64,000 nucleotides of DNA from Felis catus (Eukaryota). The stretch is taken from NCBI RefSeq assembly GCF_018350175.1, contig NC_058368.1, positions 236,036,001 to 236,100,000 on the forward strand, given 5' to 3'. The notes under the pieces were generated by a model. The model was not told where the DNA came from. It worked only from the letters and a program-made list of their open reading frames with translations, and searched no databases. Position numbers and translations under genes: made by a program. Below are positions 61,196 to 64,000 of the stretch, one piece after another (position 1 is the stretch's first letter; every line of letters starts with the position of its first letter).

Positions 61196-61994
61196 AGTTG
61201 CACACTGTGTATTCTTTGACTAAAATGAATTAAGCTAGAAATCAGTATCAGTCATCTGGACAATCGCCCCCAAATTGGAAAATAAACATCACACTTTTAA
61301 ATAACCTATGAACCAGGAAAGAAATAAGATGGAGATTTTGGAATATATTCTAAAGTGAATTACAATTAAAACACATCATATAAGAATTTATGAGATGTAG
61401 GCAAAGAAGTTCTTTGAGGGAAATTTATAGCACTAAAGCTTAAATTAAAAACGAGATGTTACAAATCAGTTGCTAAAACTGTTACATTAAAAAATTAGAG
61501 AGGAGGAAAAATTTAAACCTAAATTAATCATAAAAAAGAAAATAATAAATATAACAGCGGAAATCAATGGAATTAAAAACAGAAAGGAAAGACATCCCAG
61601 CAGAATCGATGGGATCAAAGCAGGTTAATTTCAAAAGATCAATGAAATTGATAAAACTTTAGCCAGACTGATCAGAAATAAAAGAGAGAACAAAAAAGCT
61701 ACTAATATCAGAAACAAAAGAATTCTAGAGATTCTGCAGATGTTAAAGGGGCAATAAAGTGATATTACCAAAGATACACAAAAACATGTCATCGGTTAAA
61801 GAAATAGATTTGTGGAATGCTACAAAGTGTCACAGCTCGCTCAGGAAGAAATAAATTACTTCAATGTAGTAATATTTATTAAACGAATTAAATTTTTGGT
61901 TTAAGACATTCCCACAAAAATCACAAAACAAAACAAAGACTCTGGACCCAGGTGTCTTTACTGGCCATTGTAGCAAATGTTTGAGAAAGAAATA

Positions 61995-62339
61995 TAGTTG
62001 ACCCTTGGACAACGTGGGTTTGAACAGTGTGGGTGTGTGGGTCCACTTACATGCAGACTTTTTTTCTGTAAATAACAAGGCAACACTGTAAATGTATTTT
62101 TTTCTTCTTTATGGCTTTAATAACATTTTGTTTTCTCTAACTTACTTTATCGTAAGAATACATGTAACATGCAGAATATGTGTTATTCAACCGTTTGCAT
62201 TATTGATAAGGCTTCCAGTCAATAGTTAATAGTTAGGCTATTAACAGGTAAGTTTGGGGGAAGTCAAAACTTATACACGGATTTTCAAGGGTTCGGGGGG
62301 TGGGTGTCCCAAACCTTTCTGTTGTTCAAGGGTCAACTA
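61995..62339. mobile_element. Tigger2a-like (TcMar-Tigger) non-autonomous DNA transposon
   Basis: Terminal inverted repeats tagttgacccttggacaac and gttgttcaagggtcaacta; TA duplication at 61993-61994 and 62340-62341. Confidence 0.9.
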
Positions 62340-63070
62340 TAACACCAGTTTTAAATAATCTTTTCCAGAAAATATAAGATGAAAGAAACTTCCCAATTTA
62401 TTTATCAGTCCAGTGTTACAGTGATCTCAAAACTAGACAAAGATACATCAAGAAAAGAAAAATACAGGTTAATAAACACGACCACAAAATTATTTAATAA
62501 AATATAAGCCAATCACATCCTAAGTAATAAATCGCGATCACCTGGAGTTGGCCCCAGTGACGCAAGGCTGGTTCAACCTTTGTAAATTGAACAATGTCAT
62601 TTACTCTATCAGAATGTGCAGGGAAGAAAGCAACGTGGCCATCTCCCATAGATGCAGAAAAAGCATTAAGGAATTCTAACAGCCATTCCTGGTAACACCT
62701 TTCTTAATCTGCGAAGTGCCACCTGCAAAGAACCACAGTGAATATCCTGCTTAATGTTGAAAGACGTTCCCCTAAGGCGGAGAATAAGCAAGGACGTTCT
62801 CCGTCACCATTCCTATCTAAGATCTGTATTCGTTCTCTACTGCTGTCACAACAAATCACAAAAAACCTAGTAGCTAACGCAACCTATATTTATTAATTTA
62901 CAGATCTGCGAGTCAGAAATATGGCACAGATCCACTAAGCTAAATTCCAGGTGTCGGTGGGGCTTTGCTCCTTCCCAGAAGCCATAAGAGAGGATCCATT
63001 TCCTGCTTATTTAAGGTGTTGGCAGAATTCAGTTTCTTGGGATCCTAGGTCTGAGGTCAAGGCCAACACT

Positions 63071-63325
63071 ATTTTATTTTTATTTTTTTAATTTTTAAAA
63101 ATGTTTTTAATTATTTTTGAGAGAGGGAGGGAGAGAGAGTGAGAGAGAGAGAGAGAGAGCACGAACAAGGGAGGGGCAGAGAGAGAGGGAGAGACAGAAT
63201 CTGAAGCAGGCTCCAGGCTCTGAGCCTGAGCACAGAGCCTGACGTGGGGCTCAAACTCACAGACCATGAGATCACGACCTGAGCCGAAGTCAGTCGCTCA
63301 ACTGACTGAGCCATCCAGGCACCCC
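63071..63325 (-). mobile_element. Can-SINE (left copy of a tandem pair)
   Basis: T-tail, (AG)n, body ending ccaggcacccc. Confidence 0.95.
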
Positions 63326-63332
63326 TTAAATA

Positions 63333-63527
63333 CTTTTGAGAGACAGAGCAAGCGAGTGAGCACAAGCAGGGGACGGGCAGGGAGAGAGGGAGACACAGAA
63401 TCTGAAGCAGGTTCCAGGCTCCGAGCTGTCACCACAGAGACCAAAGCAGGGTTGGAACCCAAGAACCTCGAGGTCATGACCTGCGTTGAGGTCAGACACC
63501 TAACCGACTGAGCCAACCAGGTGCCCC
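63333..63527 (-). mobile_element. Can-SINE (right, more diverged copy)
   Basis: SINE body ending ccaggtgcccc; the pair is bounded by aaggccaacact and aaggtcaacact. Confidence 0.94.
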
Positions 63528-64000
63528 AAGGTCAACACTCTTAATCACATTTGCAGAGTCCTTTTTTTCTACTTAATGTAACTCATTCACAAATTCTGGA
63601 GTTTCCGGTGTGGACATCTCTTCTTTCTTTTTGGTGGGAGGTGGGCACTATTCTGCCTATCACAGTATCACCGTGGAAGAACTGTTCAGTACAATATGAC
63701 AAGAAAAGGAAGGGGAGACATTACAGGAGATTGAAGGAAATAACTAAAATGATCTTTATTCATAGACTATAGGATTGCTTATGTCAAGAACTCCACAGCA
63801 CTTAAAAAACACTACGGGGTATAATGCATTAGTTCATTGATGTTGTTATACAGAGAGTCGATCTACAAAATCAATAGTATTTTTAGATGATAGAAATGAA
63901 CAATTAGATATCAAAAATTTTAAAATACAATTTGTGATAAGACCAAAACCTCTTGAAATAGTTAGGGGTAGATCTACCCAAAGTTTGTTCAAGATTTGTA

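Larger units (their letters stand above)
62825..63664 (-). mobile_element. MLT1 (MLT1D/E-like) LTR interrupted by two SINEs
   Basis: tgtattcgttctctactgctgtcacaacaaatcac...tgttggcagaattcagtttctt...ttaatcacatttgcagagtcc...ctattctgcctatcaca. Confidence 0.85.
61200..64000 (+). mobile_element. Old L1M ORF2 region (end of endonuclease into RT), interrupted by Tigger, MLT1 and SINEs; runs off the window
   Basis: aatttatgagatgtaggcaaagaagttctttgagggaaatttatagcactaa (NLWD.AK.VLRGKFIAL-like); gatcaatgaaattgataaaactttagccagactga; caaggctggttcaac; atagatgcagaaaaagcatt. Confidence 0.88.

Noticed and set aside
13025..63516. Recurrent peptide families (MAQSV.RPTSAQVM..., MGQRETEHERGRG...) suggesting a gene family
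   Set aside because: All are translations of Can-SINE bodies.
1..64000. Naming the host locus or flanking gene
   Set aside because: No recognisable exon is present; a genome alignment would be required.

Overview
This window is mammalian, not microbial. Dense tRNA-derived carnivore SINEs (Can-SINE/SINEC, several of the young felid SINEC_Fc type with intact target-site duplications, TSDs) and felid-type LINE-1 3' ends point to a cat-family genome. I find no intact host protein-coding gene, rRNA, true tRNA or CRISPR array. The ORF track is almost entirely SINE-derived or chance ORFs; the only protein-like signals are a decayed L1 ORF2 C-terminus and relics of an ERVL/MaLR gag-pro-pol region. 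The window looks intergenic or intronic. It holds about 27 SINEs, young and old L1 pieces, MLT1 LTRs, a Tigger2a-like DNA transposon, MIR/L2 relics, microsatellites, CpG-rich patches and several repeat-free blocks that resemble enhancers. The most unusual structures are: a ~600 bp palindromic AT-rich array grown inside an L1 tail, a 5'-inverted (twin-primed) mini-L1, an AT-only insert between perfect 30-bp direct repeats, repeated SINE insertion at one site, and a nested ERVL/MaLR relic. I see no convincing new biological system. Subfamily names come from recalled consensus features and need a Dfam/RepeatMasker check; boundaries of old elements are approximate.
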